Assembly: GCA_964057225.1 (NCBI GenBank)
Contig: CAXKVF010000092.1
Location: 79,473-143,472, forward strand
Length of the DNA stretch: 64,000 bases
Source: Auanema rhodensis
Taxonomy: Eukaryota > Animalia > Nematoda
Direction of reading: 5' to 3'
This document shows, piece after piece, positions 24,001 through 39,000 of the stretch. The notes below the pieces were generated by a model. The model ran no database searches. It had not been told where the DNA came from and saw only the letters and a program-made list of their open reading frames with translations. A program made the position numbers and the translations under genes. The first letter of the stretch is position 1; every line of letters starts with the position of its first letter.

Positions 24001-27000
24001 TTATGCTAATTAAATGTACACGTGATGTGCACTTGGTATGTAACTCGCTTCACGTGAAAGATAAAGAGATGCGGTTTTCAAAATTAGATTCCCCATGTCC
24101 ATATTAGTTTAAAAACAAATTTTTATTGATATTGGTGCATGGTAACCATGACTTTGAAATTTACGTGAACTTTAATTTATGCTAATTAAATGTACACGTG
24201 ATGTGCACTTGGTATGTAACTCGCTTCACGTGAAAGATAAAGAGATGCGGTTTTCAAAATTAGATTCCCCATGTCCATATTAGTCTAAAAACAAATTTTT
24301 ATTGATATTGGTGCATGGTAACCATGACTTTGAAATTTACGTGAACTTTAATTTATGCTAATTAAATGTACACGTGATGTGCACTTGGTATGTAACTCGC
24401 TTCACGTGAAAGATAAGGAGATGCGGTTTTCAAAATTAGATTCCCCATGTCCATATTAGTCTAAAAACAAATTTTTATTGATATTGGTGCATGGTAACCA
24501 TGACTTTGAAATTTACGTGAACTTTAATTTATGCTAATTAAATGTACACGTGATGTGCACTTGGTATGTAACTCGCTTCACGTGAAAGATAAAGAGATGC
24601 GGTATTCAAAATTAGATTCCCCATGTCCATATTAGTCTAAAAACAAATTTTTATTGATATTGGTTCATGGTAACCATGACTTTGAAATTTACGTGAACTT
24701 TAATTTATGCTAATTAAATGTACACGTGATGTGCACTTGGTATGTAACTCGCTTCACGTGAAAGATAAAGAGATGCGGTATTCAAAATTGATTCCCCATG
24801 TCCATATTAGTCTAAAAACAAATTTTTATTGATATTGGTTCATGGTAACCATGACTTTGAAATTTACGTGAACTTTAATTTATGCTAATTAAATGTACAC
24901 GTGATGTGCACTTGGTATGTAACTCGCTTCACGTGAAAGATAAAGAGATGCGGTTTTCAAAATTAAATTCCCCATGTCCATATTAGTCTAAAAACAAATT
25001 TTTATTGATATTGGTGCATGGTAACCATGACTTTGAAATTTACGTGAACTTTAATTTATGCTAATTAAATGTACACGTGATGTGCACTTGGTATGTAACT
25101 CGCTTCACGTGAAAAATGAAGAGATGCGGTTTTCAAAATTAGATTCCCCATGTCCATATTAGTCTCAAAACAAATTTTTATTGATATTGGTGCATGGTAA
25201 CCATGACTTTGAAATTTACGTGAACTTTAATTTATGCTAATTAAATGTACACGTGATGTGCACTTGGTATGTAACTCGCTTCACGTGAAAGATAAGGAGA
25301 TGCGGTTTTCAAAATTAGATTCCCCATGTCCATATTAGTCTAAAAACAAATTTTTATTGATATTGGTTCATGGTAACCATGACTTTGAAATTTACGTGAA
25401 CTTTAATTTATGCTAATTAAATGTACACGTGATGTGCACTTGGTATGTAACTCGCTTCACGTGAAAGATAAGGAGATGCGGTTTTCAAAATTAGATTCCC
25501 CATGTCCATATTAGTCTAAAAACAAATTTTTATTGATATTGGTGCATGGTAACCATGACTTTGAAATTTACGTGAACTTTAATTTATGCTAATTAAATGT
25601 ACACGTGATGTGCACTTGGTATGTAACTCGCTTCACGTGAAAGATAAAGAGATGCGGTTTTCAAAATTAGATTCCCCATGTCCATATTAGTTTAAAAACA
25701 AATTTTTATTGATATTGGTGCATGGTAACCATGACTTTGAAATTTACGTGAACTTTAATTTATGCTAATTAAATGTACACGTGATGTGCACTTGGTATGT
25801 AACTCGCTTCACGTGAAAGATAAAGAGATGCGGTTTTCAAAATTAGATTCCCCATGTCCATATTAGTCTAAAAACAAATTTTTATTGATATTGGTTCATG
25901 GTAACCATGACTTTGAAATTTACGTGAACTTTAATTTATGCTAATTAAATGTACACGTGATGTGCACTTGGTATGTAACTCGCTTCACGTGAAAGATAAA
26001 GAGATGCGGTTTTCAAAATTAGATTCCCCATGTCCATATTAGTCTAAAAACAAATTTTTATTGATATTGGTTCATGGTAACCATGACTTTGAAATTTACG
26101 TGAACTTTAATTTATGCTAATTAAATGTACACGTGATGTGCACTTGGTATGTAACTCGCTTCACGTGAAAGATAAAGAGATGCGGTTTTCAAAATTAGAT
26201 TCCCCATGTCCATATTAGTCTAAAAACAAATTTTTATTGATATTGGTGCATGGTAACCATGACTTTGAAATTTACGTGAACTTTAATTTATGCTAATTAA
26301 ATGTACACGTGATGTGCACTTGGTATGTAACTCGCTTCACGTGAAAGATAAAGAGATGCGGTTCTCAAAATTAGATTCCCCATGTCCATATTAGTCTAAA
26401 AACAAATTTTTATTGATATTGGTTCATGGTAACCATGACTTTGAAATTTACGTGAACTTTAATTTATGCTAATTAAATGTACACGTGATGTGCACTTGGT
26501 ATGTAACTCGCTTCACGTGAAAGTTAAAGAGATGCGGTTTTCAAAATTAGATTCCCCATGTCCATATTAGTCTAAAAACAAATTTTTATTGATATTGGTG
26601 CATGGTAACCATGACTTTGAAATTTACGTGAACTTTAATTTATGCTAATTAAATGTACACGTGATGTGCACTTGGTATGTAACTCGCTTCACGTGAAAGA
26701 TAAAGAGATGCGGTTTTCAAAATTAGATTCCCCATGTCCATATTAGTTTAAAAACAAATTTTTATTGATATTGGTGCATGGTAACCATGACTTTGAAATT
26801 TACGTGAACTTTAATTTATGCTAATTAAATGTACACGTGATGTGCACTTGGTATGTAACTCGCTTCACGTGAAAAATGAAGAGATGCGGTTTTCAAAATT
26901 AGATTCCCCATGTCCATATTAGTCTAAAAACAAATTTTTATTGATATTGGTTCATGGTAACCATGACTTTGAAATTTACGTGAACTTTAATTTATGCTAA

Positions 27001-30000
27001 TTAAATGTACACTTGATGTGCACTTGGTATGTAACTCGCTTCACGTGAAAGATAAGAAGATGCGGTTTTCAAAATTAGATTCCCCATGTCCATATTAGTC
27101 TAAAAACAAATTTTTATTGATATTGGTGCATGGTAACCATGACTTTGAAATTTACGTGAACTTTAATTTATGCTAATTAAATGTACACGTGATGTGCACT
27201 TGGTATGTAACTCGCTTCACGTGAAAGATAAAGAGATGCGGTTTTCAAAATTAGATTCCCCATGTCCATATTAGTCTAAAAACAAATTGTTATTGATATT
27301 GGTTCATGGTAACCATGACTTTGAAATTTACGTGTACTTTAATTTATGCTAATTAAATGTACACGTGATGTGCACTTGGTATGTAACTCGCTTCACGTGA
27401 AAGATAAAGAGATGCGGTTTTCAAAATTAGATTCCCCATGTCCATATTAGTCTAAAAACAAATTTTTATTGATATTGGTGCATGGTAACCATGACTTTGA
27501 AATTTACGTGAACTTTAATTTATGCTAATTAAATGTACACGTGATGTGCACTTGGTATGTAACTCGCTTCACGTGAAAGATAAAGAGATGCGGTTTTCAA
27601 AATTAGATTCCCCATGTCCATATTAGTTTAAAAACAAATTTTTATTGATATTGGTGCATGGTAACCATGACTTTGAAATTTACGTGAACTTTAATTTATG
27701 CTAATTAAATGTACACGTGATGTGCACTTGGTATGTAACTCGCTTCACGTGAAAGATAAAGAGATGCGGTTTTCAAAATTAGATTCCCCATGTCCATATT
27801 AGTCTAAAAACAAATTTTTATTGATATTGGTTCATGGTAACCATGACTTTGAAATTTACGTGAACTTTAATTTATGCTAATTAAATGTACACGTGATGTG
27901 CACTTGGTATGTAACTCGCTTCACGTGGAAGATAAAGAGATGCGGTTTTCAAAATTAGATTCCCCATGTCCATATTAGTCTAAAAACAAATTTTTATTGA
28001 TATTGGTGCATGGTAACCATGACTTTGAAATTTACGTGAACTTTAATTTATGCTAATTAAATGTACACGTGATGTGCACTTGGTATGTAACTCGCTTCAC
28101 GTGAAAGATGAAGAGATGCGGTTTTCAAAATTAGATTCCCCATGTCCATATTAGTCTAAAAACAAATTTTTATTGATATTGGTGCATGGTAACCATGACT
28201 TTGAAATTTACGTGAACTTTAATTTATGCTAATTAAATGTACACGTGATGTGCACTTGGTATGTAACTCGCTTCACGTGAAAGATAAGGAGATGCGGTTT
28301 TCAAAATTAGATTCCCCATGTCCATATTAGTCTAAAAACAAATTTTTATTGATATTGGTGCATGGTAACCATGACTTTGAAATTTACGTGAACTTTAATT
28401 TATGCTAATTAAATGTACACGTGATGTGCACTTGGTATGTAACTCGCTTCACGTGAAAAATGAAGAGATACGGTTTTCAAAATTAGATTCCCCATGTCCA
28501 TATTAGTCTAAAAACAAATTTTTATTGATATTGGTGCATGGTAACCATGACTTTGAAATTTACGTGAACTTTAATTTATGCTAATTAAATGTACACGTGA
28601 TGTGCACTTGGTATGTAACTCGCTTCACGTGAAAGATAAGGAGATGCGGTTTTCAAAATTAGATTCCCCATGTCCATATTAGTCTAAAAACAAATTTTTA
28701 TTGATATTGGTGCATGGTAACCATGACTTTGAAATTTACGTGAACTTTAATTTATGCTAATTAAATGTACACGTGATGTGCACTTGGTATGTAACTCGCT
28801 TCACGTGAAAGATAAAGAGATGCGGTTTTCAAAATTAGATTCCCCATGTCCATATTAGTCTAAAAACAAATTTTTATTGATATTGGTGCATGGTAACCAT
28901 GACTTTGAAATTTACGTGAACTTTAATTTATGCTAATTAAATGTACACGTGATGTGCACTTGGTATGTAACTCGCTTCACGTGAAAGATGAAGAGATGCG
29001 GTTTTCAAAATTAGATTCCCCATGTCCATATTAGTCTAAAAACAAATTTTTATTGATATTGGTGCATGGTAACCATGACTTTGAAATTTACGTGAACTTT
29101 AATTTATGCTAATTAAATGTACACGTGATGTGCACTTGGTATGTAACTCGCTTCACGTGAAAGATGAAGAGATGCGGTTTTCAAAATTAGATTCCCCATG
29201 TCCATATTAGTCTAAAAACAAATTTTTATAGACATTGGTGCATGGTAACCATGACTTTGAAATTTACGTGAACTTTAATTTATGCTAATTAAATGTACAC
29301 GTGATGTGCACTTGGTATGTAACTCGCTTCACGTGAAAGATAAAGAGATGCGGTTTTCAAAATTAGATTCCCCATGTCCATATTAGTCTAAAAACAAATT
29401 TTTATTGATATTGGTGCATGGTAACCATGACTTTGAAATTTACGTGAACTTTAATTTATGCTAATTAAATGTACACGTGATGTGCACTTGGTATGTAACT
29501 CGCTTCACGTGAAAGATGAAGAGATGCGGTTTTCAAAATTAGATTCCCCATGTCCATATTAGTCTAAAAACAAATTTTTATTGACATTGGTGCATGGTAA
29601 CCATGACTTTGAAATTTACGTGAACTTTAATTTATGCTAATTAAATGTACACGTGATGTGCACTTGGTATGTAACTCGCTTCACGTGAAAGATAAGGAGA
29701 TGCGGTTTTCAAAATTAGATTCCCCATGTCCATATTAGTCTAAAAACAAATTTTTATTGATATTGGTGCATGGTAACCATGACTTTGAAATTTACGTGAA
29801 CTTTAATTTATGCTAATTAAATGTACACGTGATGTGCACTTGGTATGTAACTCGCTTTACGTGAAAGATAAAGAGATGCGGTTTTCAAAATTAGATTCCC
29901 CATGTCCATATTAGTCTAAAAACAAATTTTTATTGATATTGGTTCATGGTAACCATGACTTTGAAATTTACGTGAACTTTAATTTATGCTAATTAAATGT

Positions 30001-33000
30001 ACACGTGATGTGCACTTGGTATGTAACTCGCTTCACGTGAAAGATAAAGAGATGCGGTTTTCAAAATTAGATTCCCCATGTCCATATTAGTCTAAAAACA
30101 AATTTTTATTGATATTGGTGCATGGTAACCATGACTTTGAAATTTACGTGAACTTTAATTTATGCTAATTAAATGTACACGTGATGTGCACTTGGTATGT
30201 AACTCGCTTCACGTGAAAGATAAAAAGATGCGGTTTTCAAAATTAGATTCCCCATGTCCATATTAGTCTAAAAACAAATTTTTATTGATATTGGTTCATG
30301 GTAACCATGACTTTGAAATTTACGTGAACTTTAATTTATGCTAATTAAATGTACACGTGATGTGCACTTGGTATGTAACTCGCTTCACGTGAAAGATAAA
30401 GAGATGCGGTTTTCAAAATTAGATTCCCCATGTCCATATTAGTCTAAAAACAAATTTTTATTGATATTGGTGCATGGTAACCATGACTTTGAAATTTACG
30501 TGAACTTTAATTTATGCTAATTAAATGTACACGTGATGTGCACTTGGTATGTAACTCGCTTCACGTGAAAGATAAAGAGATGCGGTTTTCAAAATTAGAT
30601 TCCCCATGTCCATATTAGTCTAAAAACAAATTTTTATTGATATTGCTTCATGGTAACCATGACTTTGAAATTTACGTGAACTTTAATTTATGCTAATTAA
30701 ATGTACACGTGATGTGCACTTGGTATGTAACTCGCTTCACGTGAAAGATAAGGAGATGCGGTTTTCAAAATTAGATTCCCCATGTCCATATTAGTCTAAA
30801 AACAAATTTTTATTGATATTGGTGCATGGTAACCATGACTTTGAAATTTACGTGAACTTTAATTTATGCTAATTAAATGTACACGTGATGGGCACTTGGT
30901 ATGTAACTCGCTTCACGTGAAAGATAAAGAGATGCGGTTTTCAAAATTAGATTCCCCATGTCCATATTAGTCTAAAAACAAATTTTTATTGATATTGGTT
31001 CATGGTAACCATGACTTTGAAATTTACGTGAACTTTAATTTATGCTAATTAAATGTACACGTGATGTGCACTTGGTATGTAACTCGCTTCACGTGAAAGA
31101 TAAAGATATGCGGTTTTCAAAATTAGATTCCCCATGTCCATATTAGTCTAAAAACAAATTTTTATTGATATTGGTGCATGGTAACCATGACTTTGAAATT
31201 TACGTGAACTTTAATTTATGCTAATTAAATGTACACGTGATGTGCACTTGGAATGTAACTCGCTTCACGTGAAAGATGAAGAGATGCGGTTTTCAAAATT
31301 GGATTCCCCATGTCCATATTAGTCTAAAAACAAATTTTTATTGACATTGGTGCATGGTAACCATGACTTTGAAATTTACGTGAACTTTAATTTATGCTAA
31401 TTAAATGTACACGTGATGTGCACTTGGTATGTAACTCGCTTCACGTGAAAGATAAAGAGATGCGGTTTTCAAAATTAGATTCCCCATGTCCATATTAGTC
31501 TAAAAACAAATTTTTATTGATATTGGTGCATGGTAACCATGACTTTGAAATTTACGTGAACTTTAATTTATGCTAATTAAATGTACACGTGATGTGCACT
31601 TGGTATGTAACTCGCTTCACGTGAAAGATAAAGAGATGCGGTTTTCAAAATTAGATTCCCCATGTCCATATTAGTCTAAAAACAAATTTTTATTGATATT
31701 GCTTCATGGTAACCATGACTTTGAAATTTACGTGAACTTTAATTTATGCTAATTAAATGTACACGTGATGTGCACTTGGTATGTAACTCGCTTCACGTGA
31801 AAGATAAGGAGATGCGGTTTTCAAAATTAGATTCCCCATGTCCATATTAGTCTAAAAACAAATTTTTATTGATATTGGTGCATGGTAACCATGACTTTGA
31901 AATTTACGTGAACTTTAATTTATGCAAATTAAATGTACACGTGATGTGCACTTGGTATGTAACTCGCTTCACGTGAAAGATGAAGAGATGCGGTTTTCAA
32001 AATTAGATTCCCCATGTCCATATTAGTCTAAAAACAAATTTTTATTGATATTGGTGCATGGTAACCATGACTTTGAAATTTACGTGAACTTTAATTTATG
32101 CTAATTAAATGTACACGTGATGTGCACTTGGTATGTAACTCGCTTCACGTGAAAGATGAAGAGATGCGGTTTTCAAAATTAGATTCCCCATGTCCATATT
32201 AGTCTAAAAACAAATTTTTATTGATATTGGTGCATGGTAACCATGACTTTGAAATTTACGTGAACTTTAATTTATGCTAATTAAATGTACACGTGATGGG
32301 CACTTGGTATGTAACTCGCTTCACGTGAAAGATAAAGAGATGCGGTTTTCAAAATTAGATTCCCCATGGCCATATTAGTCTAAAAACAAATTTTTATTGA
32401 TATTGGTTCATGGTAACCATGACTTTGAAATTTACGTGATTTTTAATTTATGCTAATTAAATGTACACGTGATGTGCACTTGGTATGTAACTCGCTTCAC
32501 GTGAAAGATAAAGAGATGCGGTTTTCAAAATTAGATTCCCCATGTCCATATTAGTCTAAAAACAAATTTTTATTGATATTGGTGCATGGTAACCATGACT
32601 TTGAAATTTACGTGAACTTTAATTTATGCTAATTAAATGTACACGTGATGTGCACTTGGAATGTAACTCGCTTCACGTGAAAGATGAAGAGATGCGGTTT
32701 TCAAAATTAGATTCCCCATGTCCATATTAGTCTAAAAACAAATTTTTATTGACATTGGTGCATGGTAACCATGACTTTGAAATTTACGTGAACTTTAATT
32801 TATGCTAATTAAATGTACACGTGATGTGCACTTGGTATGTAACTCGCTTCACGTGAAAGATAAAGAGATGCGGTTTTCAAAATTAGATTCCCCATGTCCA
32901 TATTAGTCTAAAAACAAATTTTTATTGATATTGGTGCATGGTAACCATGACTTTGAAATTTACGTGAACTTTAATTTATGCTAATTAAATGTACACGTGA

Positions 33001-36000
33001 TGTGCACTTGGTATGTAACTCGCTTCACGTGAAAGATGAAGAGATGCGGTTTTCAAAATTAGATTCCCCATGTCCATAATAGTCTAAAAACAAATTTTTA
33101 TTGATATTGGTGCATGGTAACCATGACTTTGAAATTTACGTGAACTTTAATTTATGCTAATTAAATGTACACGTGATGTGCACTTGGTATGTAACTCGCT
33201 TCACGTGAAAGATAAAGAGATGCGGTTTTCAAAATTAGATTCCCCATGTCCATATTAGTCTAAAAACAAATTTTTATTGATATTGGTGCATGGTAACCAT
33301 GACTTTGAAATTTACGTGAACTTTAATTTATGCTAATTAAATGTACACGTGATGTGCACTTGGTATGTAACTCGCTTCACGTGAAAGATGAAGAGATGCG
33401 GTTTTCAAAATTAGATTCCCCATGTCCATATTAGTCTAAAAACAAATTTTTATTGATATTGGTGCATGGTAACCATGACTTTGAAATTTACGTGAACTTT
33501 AATTTATGCTAATTAAATGTACACGTGATGTGCACTTGGTATGTAACTCGCTTCACGTGAAAGATGAAGAGATGCGGTTTTCAAAATTAGATTCCCCATG
33601 TCCATATTAGTCTAAAAACAAATTTTTATTGACATTGGTGCATGGTAACCATGACTTTGAAATTTACGTGAACTTTAATTTATGCTAATTAAATGTACAC
33701 GTGATGTGCACTTGGTATGTAACTCGCTTCACGTGAAAGATAAAGAGATGCGGTTTTCAAAATTAGATTCCCCATGTCCATATTAGTCTAAAAACAAATT
33801 TTTATTGATATTGGTGCATGGTAACCATGACTTTGAAATTTACGTGAACTTTAATTTATGCTAATTAAATGTACACGTGATGTGCACTTGGTATGTAACT
33901 CGCTTCACGTGAAAGATGAAGAGATGCGGTTTTCAAAATTAGATTCCCCATGTCCATATTAGTCTAAAAACAAATTTTTATTGATATTGGTGCATGGTAA
34001 CCATGACTTTGAAATTTACGTGAACTTTAATTTATGCAAATTAAATGTACACGTGATGTGCACTTGGTATGTAACTCGCTTCACGTGAAAGATGAAGAGA
34101 TGCGGTTTTCAAAATTAGATTCCCCATGTCCATATTAGTCTAAAAACAAATTTTTATTGATATTGGTGCATGGTAACCATGACTTTGAAATTTACGTGAA
34201 CTTTAATTTATGCTAATTAAATGTACACGTGATGTGCACTTGGTATGTAACTCGCTTCACGTGAAAGATGAAGAGATGCGGTTTTCAAAATTAGATTCCC
34301 CATGTCCATATTAGTCTAAAAACAAATTTTTATTGATATTGGTGCATGGTAACCATGACTTTGAAATTTACGTGAACTTTAATTTATGCTAATTAAATGT
34401 ACACGTGATGGGCACTTGGTATGTAACTCGCTTCACGTGAAAGATAAAGAGATGCGGTTTTCAAAATTAGATTCCCCATGGCCATATTAGTCTAAAAACA
34501 AATTTTTATTGATATTGGTTCATGGTAACCATGACTTTGAAATTTACGTGAACTTTAATTTATGCTAATTAAATGTACACGTGATGTGCACTTGGTATGT
34601 AACTCGCTTCACGTGAAAGATAAAGAGATGCGGTTTTCAAAATTAGATTCCCCATGTCCATATTAGTCTAAAAACAAATTTTTATTGATATTGGTGCATG
34701 GTAACCATGACTTTGAAATTTACGTGAACTTTAATTTATGCTAATTAAATGTACACGTGATGTGCACTTGGAATGTAACTCGCTTCACGTGAAAGATGAA
34801 GAGATGCGGTTTTCAAAATTAGATTCCCCATGTCCATATTAGTCTAAAAACAAATTTTTATTGATATTGGTGCATGGTAACCATGACTTTGAAATTTACG
34901 TGAACTTTAATTTATGCTAATTAAATGTACACGTGATGTGCACTTGGTATGTAACTCGCTTCACGTGAAAGATGAAGAGATGCGGTTTTCAAAATTAGAT
35001 TCCCCATGTCCATATTAGTCTAAAAACAAATTTTTATTGACATTGGTGCATGGTAACCATGACTTTGAAATTTACGTGAACTTTAATTTATGCTAATTAA
35101 ATGTACACGTGATGTGCACTTGGTATGTAACTCGCTTCACGTGAAAGATAAAGAGATGCGGTTTTCAAAATTAGATTCCCCATGTCCATATTAGGCTAAA
35201 AACAAATTTTTATTGATATTGGTGCATGGTAACCATGACTTTGAAATTTACGTGAACTTTAATTTATGCTAATTAAATGTACACGTGATGTGCACTTGGT
35301 ATGTAACTCGCTTCACGTGAAAGATGAAGAGATGCGGTTTTCAAAATTAGATTCCCCATGTCCATATTAGTCTAAAAACAAATTTTTATTGATATTGGTG
35401 CATGGTAACCATGACTTTGAAATTTACGTGAACTTTAATTTATGCTAATTAAATGTACACGTGATGTGCACTTGGTATGTAACTCGCTTCACGTGAAAGA
35501 TAAGGAGATGCGGTTTTCAAAATTAGATTCCCCATGTCCATATTAGTCTAAAAACAAATTTTTATTGATATTGGTGCATGGTAACCATGACTTTGAAATT
35601 TACGTGAACTTTAATTTATGCTAATTAAATGTACACGTGATGTGCACTTGGTATGTAACTCGCTTCACGTGAAAGATAAGGAGATGCGGTTTTCAAAATT
35701 AGATTCCCCATGTCCATATTAGTCTAAAAACAAATTTTTATTGATATTGGTGCATGGTAACCATGACTTTGAAATTTACGTGAACTTTAATTTATGCAAA
35801 TTAAATGTACACGTGATGTGCACTTGGTATGTAACTCGCTTCACGTGAAAGATGAAGAGATGCGGTTTTCAAAATTAGATTCCCCATGTCCATATTAGTC
35901 TAAAAACAAATTTTTATTGATATTGGTGCATGGTAACCATGACTTTGAAATTTACGTGAACTTTAATTTATGCTGATTAAATGTACACGTGATGTGCACT

Positions 36001-39000
36001 TGGTATGTAACTCGCTTCACGTGAAAGATGAAGAGATGCGGTTTTCAAAATTAGATTCCCCATGTCCATATTAGTCTAAAAACAAATTTTTATTGACATT
36101 GGTGCATGGTAACCATGACTTTGAAATTTACGTGAACTTTAATTTATGCTAATTAAATGTACACGTGATGTGCACTTGGTATGTAACTCGCTTCACGTGA
36201 AAGATAAAGAGATGCGGTTTTCAAAATTAGATTCCCCATGTCCATATTAGTCTAAAAACAAATTTTTATTGATATTGGTGCATGGTAACCATGACTTTGA
36301 AATTTACGTGAACTTTAATTTATGCTAATTAAATGTACACGTGATGTGCACTTGGTATGTAACTCGCTTCACGTGAAAGATGAAGAGATGCGGTTTTCAA
36401 AATTAGATTCCCCATGTCCATATTAGTCTAAAAACAAATTTTTATTGATATTGGTGCATGGTAACCATGACTTTGAAATTTACGTGAACTTTAATTTATG
36501 CTAATTAAATGTACACGTGATGTGCACTTGGTATGTAACTCGCTTCACGTGGAAGATAAGGAGATGCGGTTTTCAAAATTAGATTCCCCATGTCCATATT
36601 AGTCTAAAAACAAATTTTTATTGATATTGGTGCATGGTAACCATGACTTTGAAATTTACGTGAACTTTAATTTATGCTAATTAAATGTACACGTGATGGG
36701 CACTTGGTATGTAACTCGCTTCACGTGAAAGATAAAGAGATGCGGTTTTCAAAATTAGATTCCCCATGTCCATATTAGTCTAAAAACAAATTTTTATTGA
36801 TATTGGTTCATGGTAACCATGACTTTGAAATTTACGTGAACTTTAATTTATGCTAATTAAATGTACACGTGATGTGCACTTGGTGTGTAACTCGCTTCAC
36901 GTGAAAGATAAAGAGATGCGGTTTTCAAAATTAGATTCCCCATGTCCATATTAGTCTAAAAACAAATTTTTATTGATATTGGTGCATGGTAACCATGACT
37001 TTGAAATTTACGTGAACTTTAATTTATGCTAATTAAATGTACACGTGATGTGCACTTGGTATGTAACTCGCTTCACGTGAAAGATAAAGAGATGCGGTTT
37101 TCAAAATTAGATTCCCCATGTCCATGTTAGTCTAAAAACAAATTTTTATTGATATTGGTGCATGGTAACCATGACTTTGAAATTTACGTGAACTTTAATT
37201 TATGCTAATTAAATGTACACGTGATGTGCACTTGGTATGTAACTCGCTTCACGTGAAAGATAACGAGATGCGGTTTTCAAAATTAGATTCCCCATGTCCA
37301 TATTAGTCTAAAAACAAATTTTTATTGATATTGGTGCATGGTAACCATGACTTTGAAATTTACGTGAACTTTAATTTATGCTAATTAAATGTACACGTGA
37401 TGTGCACTTGGTATGTAACTCGCTTCACGTGAAAGATAAAGAGATGCGGTTTTCAAAATTAGATTCCCCATGTCCATATTAGTCTAAAAACAAATTTTTA
37501 TTGATATTGGTGCATGGTAACCATGACTTTGAATTTTACGTGAACTTTAATTTATGCTAATTAAATGTACACGTGATGTGCACTTGGTATGTAACTCGCT
37601 TCACGTGAAAGATAAAGAGATGCGGTTTTCAAAATTAGATTCCCCATGTCCATATTAGTCTAAAAACAAATTTTTATTGATATTGGTTCATGGTAACCAT
37701 GACTTTGAAATTTACGTGAACTTTAATTTATGCTAATTAAATGTACACGTGATGTGCACTTGGTATGTAACTCGCTTCACGTGAAAGATAAAGAGATGCG
37801 GTTTTCAAAATTAGATTCCCCATGTCCATGTTAGTCTAAAAACAAATTTTTATTGATATTGGTGCATGGTAACCATGACTTTGAAATTTACGTGAACTTT
37901 AATTTATGCTAATTAAATGTACACGTGATGTGCACTTGGTATGTAACTCGCTTCACGTGAAAGATAACGAGATGCGGTTTTCAAAATTAGATTCCCCATG
38001 TCCATATTAGTCTAAAAACAAATTTTTATTGATATTGGTGCATGGTAACCATGACTTTGAAATTTACGTGAACTTTAATTTATGCTAATTAAATGTACAC
38101 GTGATGGGCACTTGGTATGTAACTCGCTTCACGTGAAAGATAAAGAGATGCGGTTTTCAAAATTAGATTCCCCATGTCCATATTAGTCTAAAAACAAATT
38201 TTTATTGATATTGGTTCATGGTAACCATGACTTTGAAATTTACGTGAACTTTAATTTATGCTAATTAAATGTACACGTGATGTGCACTTGGTGTGTAACT
38301 CGCTTCACGTGAAAGATAAAGAGATGCGGTTTTCAAAATTAGATTCCCCATGTCCATATTAGTCTAAAAACAAATTTTTATTGATATTGGTTCATGGTAA
38401 CCATGACTTTGAAATTTACGTGAACTTTAATTTATGCTAATTAAATGTACACGTGATGTGCACTTGGTATGTAACTCGCTTCACGTGAAAGATAAAGAGA
38501 TGCGGTTTTCAAAATTAGATTCCCCATGTCCATATTAGTCTAAAAACAAATTTTTATTGATATTGGTGCATGGTAACCATGACTTTGAAATTTACGTGAA
38601 CTTTAATTTATGCTAATTAAATGTACACGTGATGTGCACTTGGTATGTAACTCGCTTCACGTGAAAGATAAAGAGATGCGGTTTTCAAAATTAGATTCCC
38701 CATGTCCATGTTAGTCTAAAAACAAATTTTTATTGATATTGGTGCATGGTAACCATGACTTTGAAATTTACGTGAACTTTAATTTATGCTAATTAAATGT
38801 ACACGTGATGTGCACTTGGTATGTAACTCGCTTCACGTGAAAGATAACGAGATGCGGTTTTCAAAATTAGATTCCCCATGTCCATATTAGTCTAAAAACA
38901 AATTTTTATTGATATTGGTGCATGGTAACCATGACTTTGAAATTTACGTGAACTTTAATTTATGCTAATTAAATGTACACGTGATGTGCACTTGGTATGT

